A stretch of DNA of 64,000 nucleotides from an uncultured Clostridia bacterium (lineage in GTDB: Bacteria; Bacillota; Clostridia; Christensenellales; UBA1242). Made by a program: the position numbers and the translations under genes. Position 1 is the stretch's first letter; each line of letters starts with the position of its first letter. The DNA is taken from assembly GCA_947366545.1 (NCBI GenBank), contig CANBAL010000002.1, positions 14,889 to 78,888 on the forward strand, in the 5' to 3' direction. The notes beneath the pieces were generated by a model. That model was given only the letters and a program-made list of their open reading frames with translations. It had not been told where the DNA came from and searched no databases. Below, piece after piece: positions 47,399 to 57,155 of the stretch.

Positions 47399-47466
47399 TT
47401 AGATTTCTCCGCTCCGCTATCGCTCTGGTCGAAATGACAAAGTAGAGGCCGGTCGAAATGACAAAG
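47399..47466 (+). repeat. REP-like intergenic hairpin repeat, copy c
   Basis: TTAGATTTCTCCG-N14-CTGGTCGAAATGACAAAG plus a second GGTCGAAATGACAAAG. Lies between rplT and the methyltransferase gene. Confidence 0.85.
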
Positions 47467-47477
47467 CGTAAGGCTTG

Positions 47478-47819
47478 TTATTTTACTTGTGATACAAGGG
47501 CTGAGAATGCCTCTGGCTCTCTTACTGCCATGTCTGCAAGCACCTTACGGTTTAAGGTGATATTGTGGCTTTTAAGCCCTGCAATAAATCTTGAATAAGA
47601 TATTCCGTTTTGGCGGCATGCTGCATTTATTCTTGTAATCCATAATGCCCTGAAATCTCTCTTCTTTTGCTTACGGCCGATATAAGCATATTGTCCAGAT
47701 TTCATTACTTGCTCTCTTGCAGTTCTATATAATTTTGATTTTGCTCCGCGGTAGCCTTTTGCACTCTTAAGAATGGAACGGCGTTTCTTTACTGCGTTTA
47801 CTCCTCTTTTAATTCTCAT
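47478..47819 (-). CDS. rplT: 50S ribosomal protein L20
   Basis: [26 protein letters not shown]... Confidence 0.97.
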   Translation of the reverse strand: MRIKRGVNAVKKRRSILKSAKGYRGAKSKLYRTAREQVMKSGQYAYIGRKQKKRDFRALWITRINAACRQNGISYSRFIAGLKSHNITLNRKVLADMAVREPEAFSALVSQVK

Positions 47820-47831
47820 GTTCTTTCCTCC

Positions 47832-48026
47832 TTATTTGCACAAAAGGGACTTGATATTGTCAGCATTCTTTCCTGCAATGTATGAACCCTTTCTTAATTT
47901 TCTTTTTCTTGCTTTTGCTTTGAATGTTTGGAAGTGACCTTTATTTGGTCTTGCAAATTTTACTTTCCCGTTTGCAGTTACGCGGAAACGCTTTTTTGCA
48001 CCACTGTGTGTTTTTTGTTTTGGCAT
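47832..48026 (-). CDS. rpmI: 50S ribosomal protein L35
   Basis: MPKQKTHSGAKKRFRVTANGKV... Confidence 0.95.
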   Translation of the reverse strand: MPKQKTHSGAKKRFRVTANGKVKFARPNKGHFQTFKAKARKRKLRKGSYIAGKNADNIKSLLCK

Positions 48027-48039
48027 TGTATTTCTCCTT

Positions 48040-48552
48040 TTAGTTTTTCTTTGGGGTGATTACAACAAATGCATTTCGACCCGCAATTTCAGGCTCTTTT
48101 TCAATAAATCCACATTCGCTTACCCTTGATACGAAATCTTTGATAATCTCAATCGCCCTTGATGCGTAGGCTTGCTGACGCCCCTTCATTTTTAGCGTCA
48201 CCTTTACCTTATTTCCGCCCTGCAAAAACTTGCAAGCGTTTTTAACGCGGTATGCAATATCGTACTCTTCAATCGTCATGGAAAGTTGTACCTCTTTGGT
48301 TTCAACTACCTTTTGAGATTTACGAATCTCTTTATCCTTCTTTACTGCGTCATATTTGAATTTGCCGTAATTTAGGATTTTGCATACTGGTGGCTTTGAT
48401 GCACCTGACATCATGACAAGGTCTAAATCCTTGCTTTGTGCAAGTGAGAGAGCCTCGCTGGTTGGCATTATGCCAAGCTGCTCTCCCGTTTCGCCGATTA
48501 GTCGCACCTCAGCTGATTTGATTTGTTCATTGATTAAAAGTTCCTTAAAAAT
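48040..48552 (-). CDS. infC: translation initiation factor IF-3 (AUU start)
   Basis: The frame extends 15 codons upstream of the ORF-track GTG to ATT at 48552 (IFKELLINEQIKSAEVRLIG...). It is preceded by AAAGGGGA. An AUU start is the classical IF3 autoregulatory feature. Confidence 0.9.
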   Translation of the reverse strand: MFKELLINEQIKSAEVRLIGETGEQLGIMPTSEALSLAQSKDLDLVMMSGASKPPVCKILNYGKFKYDAVKKDKEIRKSQKVVETKEVQLSMTIEEYDIAYRVKNACKFLQGGNKVKVTLKMKGRQQAYASRAIEIIKDFVSRVSECGFIEKEPEIAGRNAFVVITPKKN

Positions 48553-48713
48553 TGTTGTATTCCCCTTTTACAAAAAATTTGGTGGAAGCAAAATATTTCC
48601 ACCAAACAAAATTTTATTACTTTTCCCGTTTATAACAAGATTAGCGTTAAATTAAGTTGTTACCAAGCCAAATCAATTTTCGGCTGGTGAGAAGTGGAAA
48701 CTTCTACTTTCAT
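48553..48713 (-). promoter_or_regulatory. L20-type leader / attenuator of the infC-rpmI-rplT operon
   Basis: Extended -10 TGcTAAAAT (48728-48720). About 160-nt structured leader ending in the terminator TTTGGTGGAA-N9-TTCCACCAAA + TTTTTT (48572-48606), just before the infC RBS. Confidence 0.5.
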
Positions 48714-48737
48714 GCTTGAATTTTAGCATATATAAAT

Positions 48738-49328
48738 TTACTTGTCAACTATTTTTGACACTTTTTTCTCACGAAATAAGGTTTTTTCAAGAATTTTGCC
48801 AAGGGCAAGAATTATCTCATTGGATTTTGTGAGAGCCTTCGTCTTCATAAGTGCCTTAAAAAAGATTGTTGCACCCGCAATGAGTGCGCTTACCGACACC
48901 GTGATTAAAACTACTAGCGAGGGTGAAGAAATATTTTTACTTAGTGACGCCACCACGCAGGCACCACCTGCACCGCAAAGAGTGGAACATATATCCCCGA
49001 CCACATCGGCACAAAAGGAACATACCTTTTCACAATTTTTGCAGAGCCGTAGACCTACCCTTGCACCTTTAACATTTTCACTATTCCATTTTAAGAAAGT
49101 CTCTTCGTCCGCACTTGCCACCGCTATGCCTAGCATATCAAATATTACACTTATTGCAATAAAAATAACAATACATATTATTGCCATTATCGCACCTATA
49201 CTTGATAGCACAGTTTGACTTAAAAAGCCAAATATAAGTGACAAACTTATAGACAAAAATAAAACCTTTATCGCCCAGCGCTTATTATTTGAGGTGGCAA
49301 GAGTAACCACTTTACTATATTTTTTCAT
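48738..49328 (-). CDS. hypothetical Cys-rich membrane protein
   Basis: 196 aa, about 3-4 TM helices. Loop CKNCEKVCSFCADVVGDICSTLCGAGGAC (CxxC...CxxC). Confidence 0.6.
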   Translation of the reverse strand: MKKYSKVVTLATSNNKRWAIKVLFLSISLSLIFGFLSQTVLSSIGAIMAIICIVIFIAISVIFDMLGIAVASADEETFLKWNSENVKGARVGLRLCKNCEKVCSFCADVVGDICSTLCGAGGACVVASLSKNISSPSLVVLITVSVSALIAGATIFFKALMKTKALTKSNEIILALGKILEKTLFREKKVSKIVDK

Positions 49329-49391
49329 AATAATAGTATATTTTAAAATCCGTTTTTATATGATAGAAAAAAGCACGCGAGATGTGTGCTT

Positions 49392-51074
49392 TTATTCTGT
49401 TTCATCAATTGCTTGAAAATAAGTTAATTTTTCTTGAAAAGAAGACCTATACGGAGTGAAAAGTTTGAAGTAATATTCTGCAGATTTTTCTCCATAAATT
49501 GAAGAGTAATATTCAATTTCATTCTGCCTTGATAGATATGGAACTTTTATGGAGTTTTCTTTTAATTCTGTAAGCAAAACTTCGATATCTCCATCCTCTG
49601 AATATTCTTCTAGAATTTCGCATAATTGATACAAGTAAGTTTGATTCATATTAAAGTTTTTAATTGACTCAAGGCATTGTTTTGCTTTGGAAATTATGGT
49701 GTCTTTAAGGTTTTCCGTCATTTCGACTGAGTAATTTACAATAATGACATAGGCATATTGTAGTTTATTTTCATTTATATATTTTATTGCAAGTGCTTCG
49801 GGATTTGTTGGTTTTAAATAGACAGGAAGGTTTACAAGAGAGGAAAGCGAGATGTCGCCATTTTCCAATATCTCATCAAGATTTATACGCTCCGCCATCT
49901 TCTTATACCCTTCCTTTTGATAGTAATGTATCATGGAAGAAAGATAAGGTATGCAAGGATTTCCATCTTCTATAAATCTTGCCAAAAGGTTATGACTGAA
50001 ATTGTCATCGTCTTTATTTCGTGCACAGGAGAAATATAATAGTGAAATATATAACTGGTTTTTTGTTTCTATATAATCTATATATTTTTCATAGCGCATA
50101 TTTAGGAGTTCTTTCTTGGCCGGTAACTTACTTTCCTTTTCGTTTGTTTTCTTTTCATTAAAAATAGATAAAGAAAGTGTTCTAAATCCTTTATCAGTTT
50201 TATTAAATCTGTGGGTGTTTGCTTTGTCAAGAATTAGTCCCATTTGTGATAGTTTTGAAATGTCAATTTCTTGGCACAATTCCTTCATTGATTCTTCTAC
50301 CATTTCCACATAGCATTTATCTGGTTCTCCTAATTGCATATCTTCGTAGTATAATTCTTTTATAGACTCAATTATTTTTCGTTTATGAGAAGAACCAATT
50401 GCAGCATAAATTGCATCTAGTTGATCTAATATATGAAAGGTAAATACAAGTCCACCTTTTCGTGCATCACTTTCATGTGGATATATTTCATATAATAATT
50501 CGCTGATTAATTCTTTATCAAATTTACTACAATTTTTATCCCCATTTTTGTAATGAGAAAGATAGGAAAAGAAATTATAAGATTCATTGCCATTAAATAG
50601 CGCATTTCTATGTAAAAATGTGAACTGCGTGTTTCTCTTTGACTGAATATCATGGGTAAGTTCGTGACCTAAGGTGTCTATCATTGCGCAAAGACTTAAA
50701 AGGCGGAATTCTAGGCTTTCTTTGTCGTTTAAATTCTCTAATACTTCAGTGATATGCTTATTGGAAATATTGATTTCACCCTGTCCAGCATTGCCTACTA
50801 AAAATTCAGGAAGGTTTTTAAAATATACTTTAGGAGCGGAATAATTGCCTAGGTCAATAAAAGGGTTGTCTTCAATTAACGCATGTAAAAATGAGGTTAG
50901 TTCTTTTCTAGTAATATTTTTATTCTCAATGATTTTATCAATGAATTTTAACATTTTTATTTCTTTTAAGGCTTGATTGGCTTTCTCTTTAGATAAAACC
51001 AAAACCTCATTTCTTAGAATGCGGTTGATGGTACTTTTAAAATATTTCTTTTGCATATTGCATGGGATTGTCAT
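49392..51074 (-). CDS. hypothetical large protein with zincin HExxH motif
   Basis: 560 aa from ATG 51074 (RBS AGGAG). DTLGHELTHDIQ, plus a downstream YPHESDA as a possible third ligand. No TM or signal peptide. Ends ...AIDETE. Confidence 0.62.
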   Translation of the reverse strand: MTIPCNMQKKYFKSTINRILRNEVLVLSKEKANQALKEIKMLKFIDKIIENKNITRKELTSFLHALIEDNPFIDLGNYSAPKVYFKNLPEFLVGNAGQGEINISNKHITEVLENLNDKESLEFRLLSLCAMIDTLGHELTHDIQSKRNTQFTFLHRNALFNGNESYNFFSYLSHYKNGDKNCSKFDKELISELLYEIYPHESDARKGGLVFTFHILDQLDAIYAAIGSSHKRKIIESIKELYYEDMQLGEPDKCYVEMVEESMKELCQEIDISKLSQMGLILDKANTHRFNKTDKGFRTLSLSIFNEKKTNEKESKLPAKKELLNMRYEKYIDYIETKNQLYISLLYFSCARNKDDDNFSHNLLARFIEDGNPCIPYLSSMIHYYQKEGYKKMAERINLDEILENGDISLSSLVNLPVYLKPTNPEALAIKYINENKLQYAYVIIVNYSVEMTENLKDTIISKAKQCLESIKNFNMNQTYLYQLCEILEEYSEDGDIEVLLTELKENSIKVPYLSRQNEIEYYSSIYGEKSAEYYFKLFTPYRSSFQEKLTYFQAIDETE

Positions 51075-51180
51075 TTTTTCTCCTATGAGTAAAGTGTAGC
51101 ACAAAATAATAAAAAGTCAAGATTAAAGTGTGCGAAATCGCCTAGATTCTTCCACTATGCCCGGGATGACAAGAACAAAG

Positions 51181-51384
51181 TTACTCAGGGATTTCAGTGA
51201 GTTTATCAAGTTCGTCCTTCACCTCTGTGAGTTTGCCCTTTGCTTTATTCAAATGCTCACTACATATCTTTGCAAGGCGTGCCCCTTCCTCAAACAAGGT
51301 GACTGCCTCGCTCATTGGCAGGTTGCCGTTTTCTAATTTTTCAATTATCTCTTCAAGTTTTTTGCTTGCCTCTTCGTAACTCAT
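51181..51384 (-). CDS. xseB: exodeoxyribonuclease VII small subunit
   Basis: 67 aa. SYEEASKKLEEIIEKLENGNLPMSEAVTLFEEG. Confidence 0.9.
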   Translation of the reverse strand: MSYEEASKKLEEIIEKLENGNLPMSEAVTLFEEGARLAKICSEHLNKAKGKLTEVKDELDKLTEIPE

Positions 51385-52493
51385 TCTTCCTCCTTTATTG
51401 GCTTTGCTTTCACCCTTCCGTCTGCAAATATGATATCAAGATTTTCATTATAATTAACCCCCTTACTGCTTGAAAGTGGTTGCCCGTTCTGCTCTATCTT
51501 TGCATACCCCTGCTTTAAAAGAGTGGTAGGGTTTAGTTTTTTTAGTGCGTTTTCATTAAGTCCAAGTTGGTAACTTCTTTGATTTAAGTAATTGTTTATT
51601 GCATTTACAAAATTGTTTTTTAGATAATATAGATTATCTTTAGATGAGATATAATTTCTAGCGGCATTATTAAATCTTGAAATTAGTCGTTTAAGGCTGA
51701 TTACCTGACCCGAAAGTTCCTCGGTGAGCAGTTCTGCCGCAGCAGACGGAGTTGGCGCCCTAAGGTCGCTTACAAAGTCAATTATCGTAAAGTCTGTTTC
51801 ATGCCCGACTGCAGACACTATTGGTTTAACGCAGTTATAGGTTGCCCTTGCAACTACCTCAGTATTATAAGCGGCAAGGTCTTCCAAACTGCCACCACCC
51901 CTTGCAACCACAATGACATCGACATTTGCGTATTTATCCATTTGCTCAATAGCGTGGGCAATTTCAAGTTCGGCTCCCCTGCCTTGAACCTTTGTTGAAT
52001 ACAAAACTATATCAAGTTGTGGATTTCTTCTCCATGACACATTTTTAATATCTTGGATTACTGCGCCGTCCCTTGATGTGATAACGCCTATTCGCTTTAT
52101 CGACTTTGGCAATGGGATTTTATGCTCAGCAGCAAAAAGACCTTCCTTTTCAAGTTTTTCCTTTAAACGCAAAAACTCTTCAAACAGTTTACCTGCGCCG
52201 ACTTCTTCCACCCTATTCACACTAAAAGAAAGTCGTCCGCCTTTGACATAAAAATTTGGACTTCCAGTGACCACTATCTGTTTCCCCTCTACAATTTTAT
52301 CGGCGTAAGCGGGATAGAAACACACGCATGGCAGAGTGGCATTTTCATCTTTAAGTGAAAAATATGTAATTTGCCTTGCGTTTGATACACCAAAAACTTC
52401 CCCAACAACTGATATATTGTGGAGAAGTTCCTCTGCGTCAAATATCTTTTTTATATACCCATTAAACTGGGATACTGTTATTGTTTCAAGCAT
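51381..52493 (-). CDS. xseA: exodeoxyribonuclease VII large subunit
   Basis: OB-fold N-terminus (VSQFNGYIKKIF...VVGEV), catalytic core RGGGSLEDL, HETDFTI. Confidence 0.93.
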   Translation of the reverse strand: MLETITVSQFNGYIKKIFDAEELLHNISVVGEVFGVSNARQITYFSLKDENATLPCVCFYPAYADKIVEGKQIVVTGSPNFYVKGGRLSFSVNRVEEVGAGKLFEEFLRLKEKLEKEGLFAAEHKIPLPKSIKRIGVITSRDGAVIQDIKNVSWRRNPQLDIVLYSTKVQGRGAELEIAHAIEQMDKYANVDVIVVARGGGSLEDLAAYNTEVVARATYNCVKPIVSAVGHETDFTIIDFVSDLRAPTPSAAAELLTEELSGQVISLKRLISRFNNAARNYISSKDNLYYLKNNFVNAINNYLNQRSYQLGLNENALKKLNPTTLLKQGYAKIEQNGQPLSSSKGVNYNENLDIIFADGRVKAKPIKEEE

Positions 52494-52867
52494 TACTCAC
52501 CTTTTACTATCGTGGCAAGTACGCCATTTATGAACTTTGCACTCCTTTCGGTGGAGTATTTTTTGGCAAGTTCCAAAGCCTCATTTATCGCTACCTGTGG
52601 TGGCGTGGAAAGGTATTTAATTTCGGTGAGTGCCTCATACATTATTGCCAAGTCCGCTTTATATACCCTATCATACTCATATCCGATTAAATGCTTTTCT
52701 ATTAACTCTTTAAGTTCTGTCTTATGTTGCAAATAGCCTTCGATTATCTCTTTTGCAAAAGCCGTATCCCCTTCTTTTAAAGAAGAAGTGAAGTTGCCTA
52801 TCTCCTGTGTGGTGAAAAAACTTGCAAAGATGTATTGAAAAGCACATTCTCTTCCCTCTCTCCTCAT
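52493..52867 (-). CDS. nusB: transcription antitermination factor NusB
   Basis: [12 protein letters not shown]..., [14 protein letters not shown]...KFINGVL. Confidence 0.9.
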   Translation of the reverse strand: MRREGRECAFQYIFASFFTTQEIGNFTSSLKEGDTAFAKEIIEGYLQHKTELKELIEKHLIGYEYDRVYKADLAIMYEALTEIKYLSTPPQVAINEALELAKKYSTERSAKFINGVLATIVKGE

Positions 52868-53241
52868 TGGCCAACATCTCCGTCATCTTTATCACATACG
52901 ACATCTATAACATGGACATTAATCTTGCCTGGTTTAATGCCTACCATTGCATTCAAACTGTTCTTCACATTCTCTTGAACGCGGAAGGCTATATCAGGTA
53001 CGCTATACCCATTCCTTACATTCATATAAATATCTACTTTGAGTGTGTTATTATTCTCAAACTTAATGGCTACGCCCTCTGTCTTATTTTTGAAGGGTCT
53101 TTTGATAAGTGGAAGATAATTATTTGTGAGGCTATCTACACCGCTTATCTCTTTTGCTGCCAAGTTTATAATAGACAAAAGGATATCTCTATCGATATCT
53201 ACTTTGCCTTTATTCGTCATGTTTGTCTGTTTCTTTGTCAT
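52864..53241 (-). CDS. Asp23/Gls24 family envelope stress protein
   Basis: [20 protein letters not shown]... V.V.V pattern. Position between spoIIIAH and nusB matches Bacillus yqhY. Confidence 0.87.
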   Translation of the reverse strand: MTKKQTNMTNKGKVDIDRDILLSIINLAAKEISGVDSLTNNYLPLIKRPFKNKTEGVAIKFENNNTLKVDIYMNVRNGYSVPDIAFRVQENVKNSLNAMVGIKPGKINVHVIDVVCDKDDGDVGQ

Positions 53242-53292
53242 TTTGCTACCTCTTATATCGGTAGTATATCATATTCTTTCATTATTTTGCAA

Positions 53293-53763
53293 TTATTCTA
53301 CTGGTATTACTTTAATATTTTTAATACTTGTGCCGAGTTGCCCTTGGATTACCGCTACGATTTGTGCTACCTCTTGCTCATTAAGTTTCGCCGCCTTTAC
53401 TACCGCATTTACATTCTTTTCAGAAATAGTAACTACGCAGTCCTCAAAGCCCTTTGCTTTGATAAGTCCCTCTACTACAAGTTCCTTATCCATTTGTCTT
53501 ACGAGGTTGAGTCTTGCATTCTCTGCGTTGGTAACCGCCTCAGTAGTTGAACTTGGGCTTGCAATAATTGCGTCATAGTAGAGCATTTCTTGGTCGCGTG
53601 TAGACTCTCTATCACTTCTATATGCCGAAAAATAACTTGCTGTCGTTGTTGTGGATGGTGGATTGTTATTTACACTATTATTTAACGCAATGTTTAAATA
53701 CCCTGTTACTCCGAGTAATAATACCATGACTGTTAAGATTATGATTTTTGTTCTCTTTTTCAT
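53293..53763 (-). CDS. spoIIIAH: stage III sporulation protein AH
   Basis: N-terminal TM. FSAYRSDRESTRDQ..., EGLIKAKGFEDCVV..., last gene of the spoIIIA operon. Confidence 0.82.
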   Translation of the reverse strand: MKKRTKIIILTVMVLLLGVTGYLNIALNNSVNNNPPSTTTTASYFSAYRSDRESTRDQEMLYYDAIIASPSSTTEAVTNAENARLNLVRQMDKELVVEGLIKAKGFEDCVVTISEKNVNAVVKAAKLNEQEVAQIVAVIQGQLGTSIKNIKVIPVE

Positions 53764-53775
53764 TTCCTTCTCCTT

Positions 53776-54309
53776 TTATTTACCTGCTAATATCGTGATG
53801 TTTTGATTTGGCACATTTACCACTGTCTGCAATGCTGAAAGCAAGTTCATTTTGACACTTACATTATCGGCTCCACTTGATGTGACTACTATGCCTTTTA
53901 TCGTCGGGTATATCTCCTTCTCAAGCACCGGTTTCCCATCCACCATTATTAACTGGCTGGTTGTAACCTTTCCACCATCTGCACTTGTCTTTGTTTCCTC
54001 TTTGGTTGCGTAAACATATTCAAATCCGCTATCAAGTGTAATGACTACATTAACTTCGCCCGCCCCCTTTACGCTTGTTAGTACACTTTCAAGTTTATTC
54101 TCAAGGTAGTCCACATATTCCACACTTGAAGAAATGTTTTGGTTGTTTTCTGTCGTATCTTGTCCCTCCGATTTCTTTCCGCCGCCAAGTGTAGACAGGT
54201 ATATCGCTAGTATTATTATCGCAAACCCCACCGTTAAGTATATCTCAATGTGCTTTATCTTCTTTAACCGCTCAAGTATTGCTGTCACGCCCTTCCCTAT
54301 ACTACTCAT
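53776..54309 (-). CDS. spoIIIAG: stage III sporulation protein AG
   Basis: TM, then LENKLESVLTSVKGAGEVNVVITL... IKGIVVTSSGA. Confidence 0.85.
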   Translation of the reverse strand: MSSIGKGVTAILERLKKIKHIEIYLTVGFAIIILAIYLSTLGGGKKSEGQDTTENNQNISSSVEYVDYLENKLESVLTSVKGAGEVNVVITLDSGFEYVYATKEETKTSADGGKVTTSQLIMVDGKPVLEKEIYPTIKGIVVTSSGADNVSVKMNLLSALQTVVNVPNQNITILAGK

Positions 54310-54802
54310 TGAATAAAACTTGTCCCTCCTTTATCTGTACATTTTCTTGAATTATGTTTACAATATCATGTCTGATACCTACTATATCTTTATGAGGTGC
54401 ATTTCCTTTTATGACTATTTTACTTATATCGACATATATCGACTGGATTTCTACTTGATGGGCAAAGATATCTGCGTTTATGGAAACCGTCACCTCCCCG
54501 TATCCCTCTTTTTCTATCGCCTTCTCAAGCCCTTCCTTTGTCTTCATGATTTTATCTAGATTAATTTGATACAAGTAATCTTCTTGAAGCACTATCTCCT
54601 CACTATTGAACACATTGGACAAATCGAGTTTTATATTCAGTAATTTGGGGATTGGCATGATTATTACTAGCACGATTATAAAGGAAAATACGCCTTTAAT
54701 ATATCTATTTATTTGTCCGTTTGGCAGGATTAATTCGACTATCGCACTTAAGAGGATTACCCCCGCTATCGACATTATCCAGTTTGAAATTGTCCCTATC
54801 AT
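54302..54802 (-). CDS. spoIIIAF: stage III sporulation protein AF
   Basis: Two N-terminal TM helices (WIMSIAGVILLSAIVELILPNG...). Operon position. Confidence 0.8.
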   Translation of the reverse strand: MIGTISNWIMSIAGVILLSAIVELILPNGQINRYIKGVFSFIIVLVIIMPIPKLLNIKLDLSNVFNSEEIVLQEDYLYQINLDKIMKTKEGLEKAIEKEGYGEVTVSINADIFAHQVEIQSIYVDISKIVIKGNAPHKDIVGIRHDIVNIIQENVQIKEGQVLFNE

Positions 54803-54811
54803 TTCCGCCCC

Positions 54812-56050
54812 CTATACAATATTTGCACTTACGCATACAAGTCCCAGCAGGATGAAATATATGAACGCAACGCCAATGAGCAAACTGATAAGCAGGGTCA
54901 TACTTTTTGAAAGTGATGAGACGAAGTTTGCCACTTGGCCGTTGCCGAGAGGCTCCACAATTCCCGCAATCAGTTTGAGTGCAAGCATGAAAATAACGAG
55001 TTCGAGCAGCGGCGAAATTACTGTGGCGACAAGTAGCAGTAGTCCGCCTGCGCCTACCGCGTTTTTAATGAGATTTGAACTTGCTAGTATAAGACCAAAG
55101 CCGTCCGATATATATGAGCCGAGAATTGGTACATAGGACTTAATCGCATATTTTGCCGTCCTTATGCTTATGCCGTCTACTGAACCTGCTGTGATACCTT
55201 GAATTGACAAAAAGGCGGAAAAAATTGTGAAGATTAGGCCTGTAATCCATTTATAACTGCTATTAAAAAAGGAAGTGAATTTATCGAGTTTTATATTTGT
55301 GGACAGGTTTGATACCACACTGAACACCATGGAAAATATAAATATCGGCAGCAAGACATATGTGAATATATTTAAAATTACTCCGCTTAAAAGTGCCATA
55401 GCAGGCTGGTAAACACTGACAGACACCGTACCGCCTATCGCTGTCATCAGCGTCAGGAGCAAGGGAAAAATGGCATCCATTTGCCCTTTTATATTCATTA
55501 TTGTGCCGCTTGTAAGTTTTATCATATGGGTAGTCATAGTCAGAAGTATCACCGCTATCATCCCATAGGTGACGAAATGTATAAGATTTGAAATAGATTT
55601 GCCATTTGTGTTTGGCCGTAATCCTTGCAGCATCCCTCCGAAAATTGCTATTGCGATTACCGAGGAAATTATTGGAAGGAATTTAAGCAGGTTATCAAAC
55701 AGCAAAGATAATATCGCCTGCCAGATGCTGCTGCTATTATCGGCAAACTCGCCGTTAAGGATTGATGTTACTTTATCAAGAAAACTGCTGCTTCCAAAAA
55801 TATCGCCTTCCTTACCTGTAAGAGAAGCAATCAGACTTTCAATATTTGAAAAATCTAGTTTGCCTAGTTGATTAAATATCGTGTCTTCAAATTCCTGCTC
55901 GACATCTGTTTTACCATCGTCTGTGACCGCGTATGCCACCGGCGAGGCAAGTGGTACGAGGAGAAATACAAGAAGCACGACAAGGAGTACCTTCTTTAAT
56001 TTCCCACTTTTCTTTTTACTGTTTGGGCGTTTGTATCCTAGTTTCCTCAT
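54812..56050 (-). CDS. spoIIIAE: stage III sporulation protein AE
   Basis: 412 aa. Signal/TM plus polytopic permease-like body. Operon position. Confidence 0.9.
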   Translation of the reverse strand: MRKLGYKRPNSKKKSGKLKKVLLVVLLVFLLVPLASPVAYAVTDDGKTDVEQEFEDTIFNQLGKLDFSNIESLIASLTGKEGDIFGSSSFLDKVTSILNGEFADNSSSIWQAILSLLFDNLLKFLPIISSVIAIAIFGGMLQGLRPNTNGKSISNLIHFVTYGMIAVILLTMTTHMIKLTSGTIMNIKGQMDAIFPLLLTLMTAIGGTVSVSVYQPAMALLSGVILNIFTYVLLPIFIFSMVFSVVSNLSTNIKLDKFTSFFNSSYKWITGLIFTIFSAFLSIQGITAGSVDGISIRTAKYAIKSYVPILGSYISDGFGLILASSNLIKNAVGAGGLLLLVATVISPLLELVIFMLALKLIAGIVEPLGNGQVANFVSSLSKSMTLLISLLIGVAFIYFILLGLVCVSANIV

Positions 56051-56436
56051 GGCAACAACTCCATGATGATTTGTAGAATGCTTGTTACGATTGGCATTGC
56101 CATTACAAGGATGATTATCTTTCCGCCCAAAAGAACTTTATCGCCTAAACTTGAATTTCCAGTGTCAGCACATATGCCAGCAGTAAACTCTATTAAATAC
56201 CCTATTCCTACTATCTTGATTAATAATGAATATAGATTTCCCGATATTCCAGTGGTATTGATAATAAGCTTTAGTGCATCAAATACTGAGGTTAAATAGT
56301 TTACAAGCATGGCAAGAATAATAACTCCACTGGCTAGGGCTATCAATATCGCATAATCGCTTCTTACTGGTTTTACCACTATAGTTGCAATACACCCGAT
56401 TAGAGCTACCGCCACTATCTTATAAACTAAATCCAT
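56047..56436 (-). CDS. spoIIIAD: stage III sporulation protein AD
   Basis: 129 aa, 4 TM. MDLVYKIVAVALIG... Confidence 0.87.
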   Translation of the reverse strand: MDLVYKIVAVALIGCIATIVVKPVRSDYAILIALASGVIILAMLVNYLTSVFDALKLIINTTGISGNLYSLLIKIVGIGYLIEFTAGICADTGNSSLGDKVLLGGKIIILVMAMPIVTSILQIIMELLP

Positions 56437-56445
56437 ATCTCCCCT

Positions 56446-56640
56446 TTAAAAACTAAAAAGCGTTTTTATCGCAGTAAACAAGTCGCCTATCATCCCTAGT
56501 ATCATAACAAGCACTAGGATTAGTCCCGCTAGCGTTGCCATAGTGGCGATTTCTTCCTTCCCCGTTTGTTTGAGTATCTGGCCTACGATAGCAGTTAGTA
56601 TTCCTATCGCGGCGATTTTGAATATTATATCCACCCCCAT
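56446..56640 (-). CDS. spoIIIAC: stage III sporulation protein AC
   Basis: 64 aa from ATG 56640 (RBS AAGGAGG). MGVDIIFKIAAIGILTAIV..., 2 TM. Confidence 0.85.
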   Translation of the reverse strand: MGVDIIFKIAAIGILTAIVGQILKQTGKEEIATMATLAGLILVLVMILGMIGDLFTAIKTLFSF

Positions 56641-56650
56641 TTTTACCTCC

Positions 56651-57151
56651 TTAGCAAAGTAGCACAACTACCATAAGTCCCGCCACTATGCCGAGTTTTA
56701 TGGAAAGTGTGCCGTACTTTTTGTTTTCTGTGGTGGCCAAAGTTGATAATTCTTCAAAGCGTTTTTCATAATTTTTAAGTTCTTTACTTTGGTTGTCAAG
56801 ATCGCTGCGACCTAGAGATTTAAAAAATAAAAATATTGTGTCTTTTTCATTTTGTTTTAAAAAGTTCATACCTTTGAAAAGTTTATCTTCCTCAAGAGGT
56901 ACATTATTTTCAAGGTAGTCTAAAAAGTTTTTATCAAGCCCTTGTAGGCTGCGTTTTGTTTTATCATCAAAATTTGAAAACAAATTTTTAAGGCGTTCCC
57001 GTGAAAAATTTATCTCGACATCGAGTTTTTGACAGAGCATGACGAGAGCGCGAAAAAAGTTATATCGACGGCGATATTTTAGTGAATATATATAGCCGAT
57101 AAGAATACATACCGATGACAAAATTGCAATAATTATCCAGTTCATTTTCAC
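56651..57151 (-). CDS. spoIIIAB: stage III sporulation protein AB
   Basis: 166 aa. N- and C-terminal TM with a helical GspF-like middle. Operon position. Confidence 0.8.
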   Translation of the reverse strand: MKMNWIIIAILSSVCILIGYIYSLKYRRRYNFFRALVMLCQKLDVEINFSRERLKNLFSNFDDKTKRSLQGLDKNFLDYLENNVPLEEDKLFKGMNFLKQNEKDTIFLFFKSLGRSDLDNQSKELKNYEKRFEELSTLATTENKKYGTLSIKLGIVAGLMVVVLLC

Positions 57152-57155
57152 TCTC

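Noticed and set aside
52822-53578. Long plus-strand ORFs (242 aa and 150 aa) antisense to asp23/spoIIIAH. Similar antisense ORFs lie at 37701-38198, 38041-38370, 17295-17690, 48742-49218, 4584-5006 and 57625-58035.
   Set aside because: These are shadow ORFs opposite well-supported genes. They have low-complexity or odd composition, no RBS, and overlap conserved coding frames.
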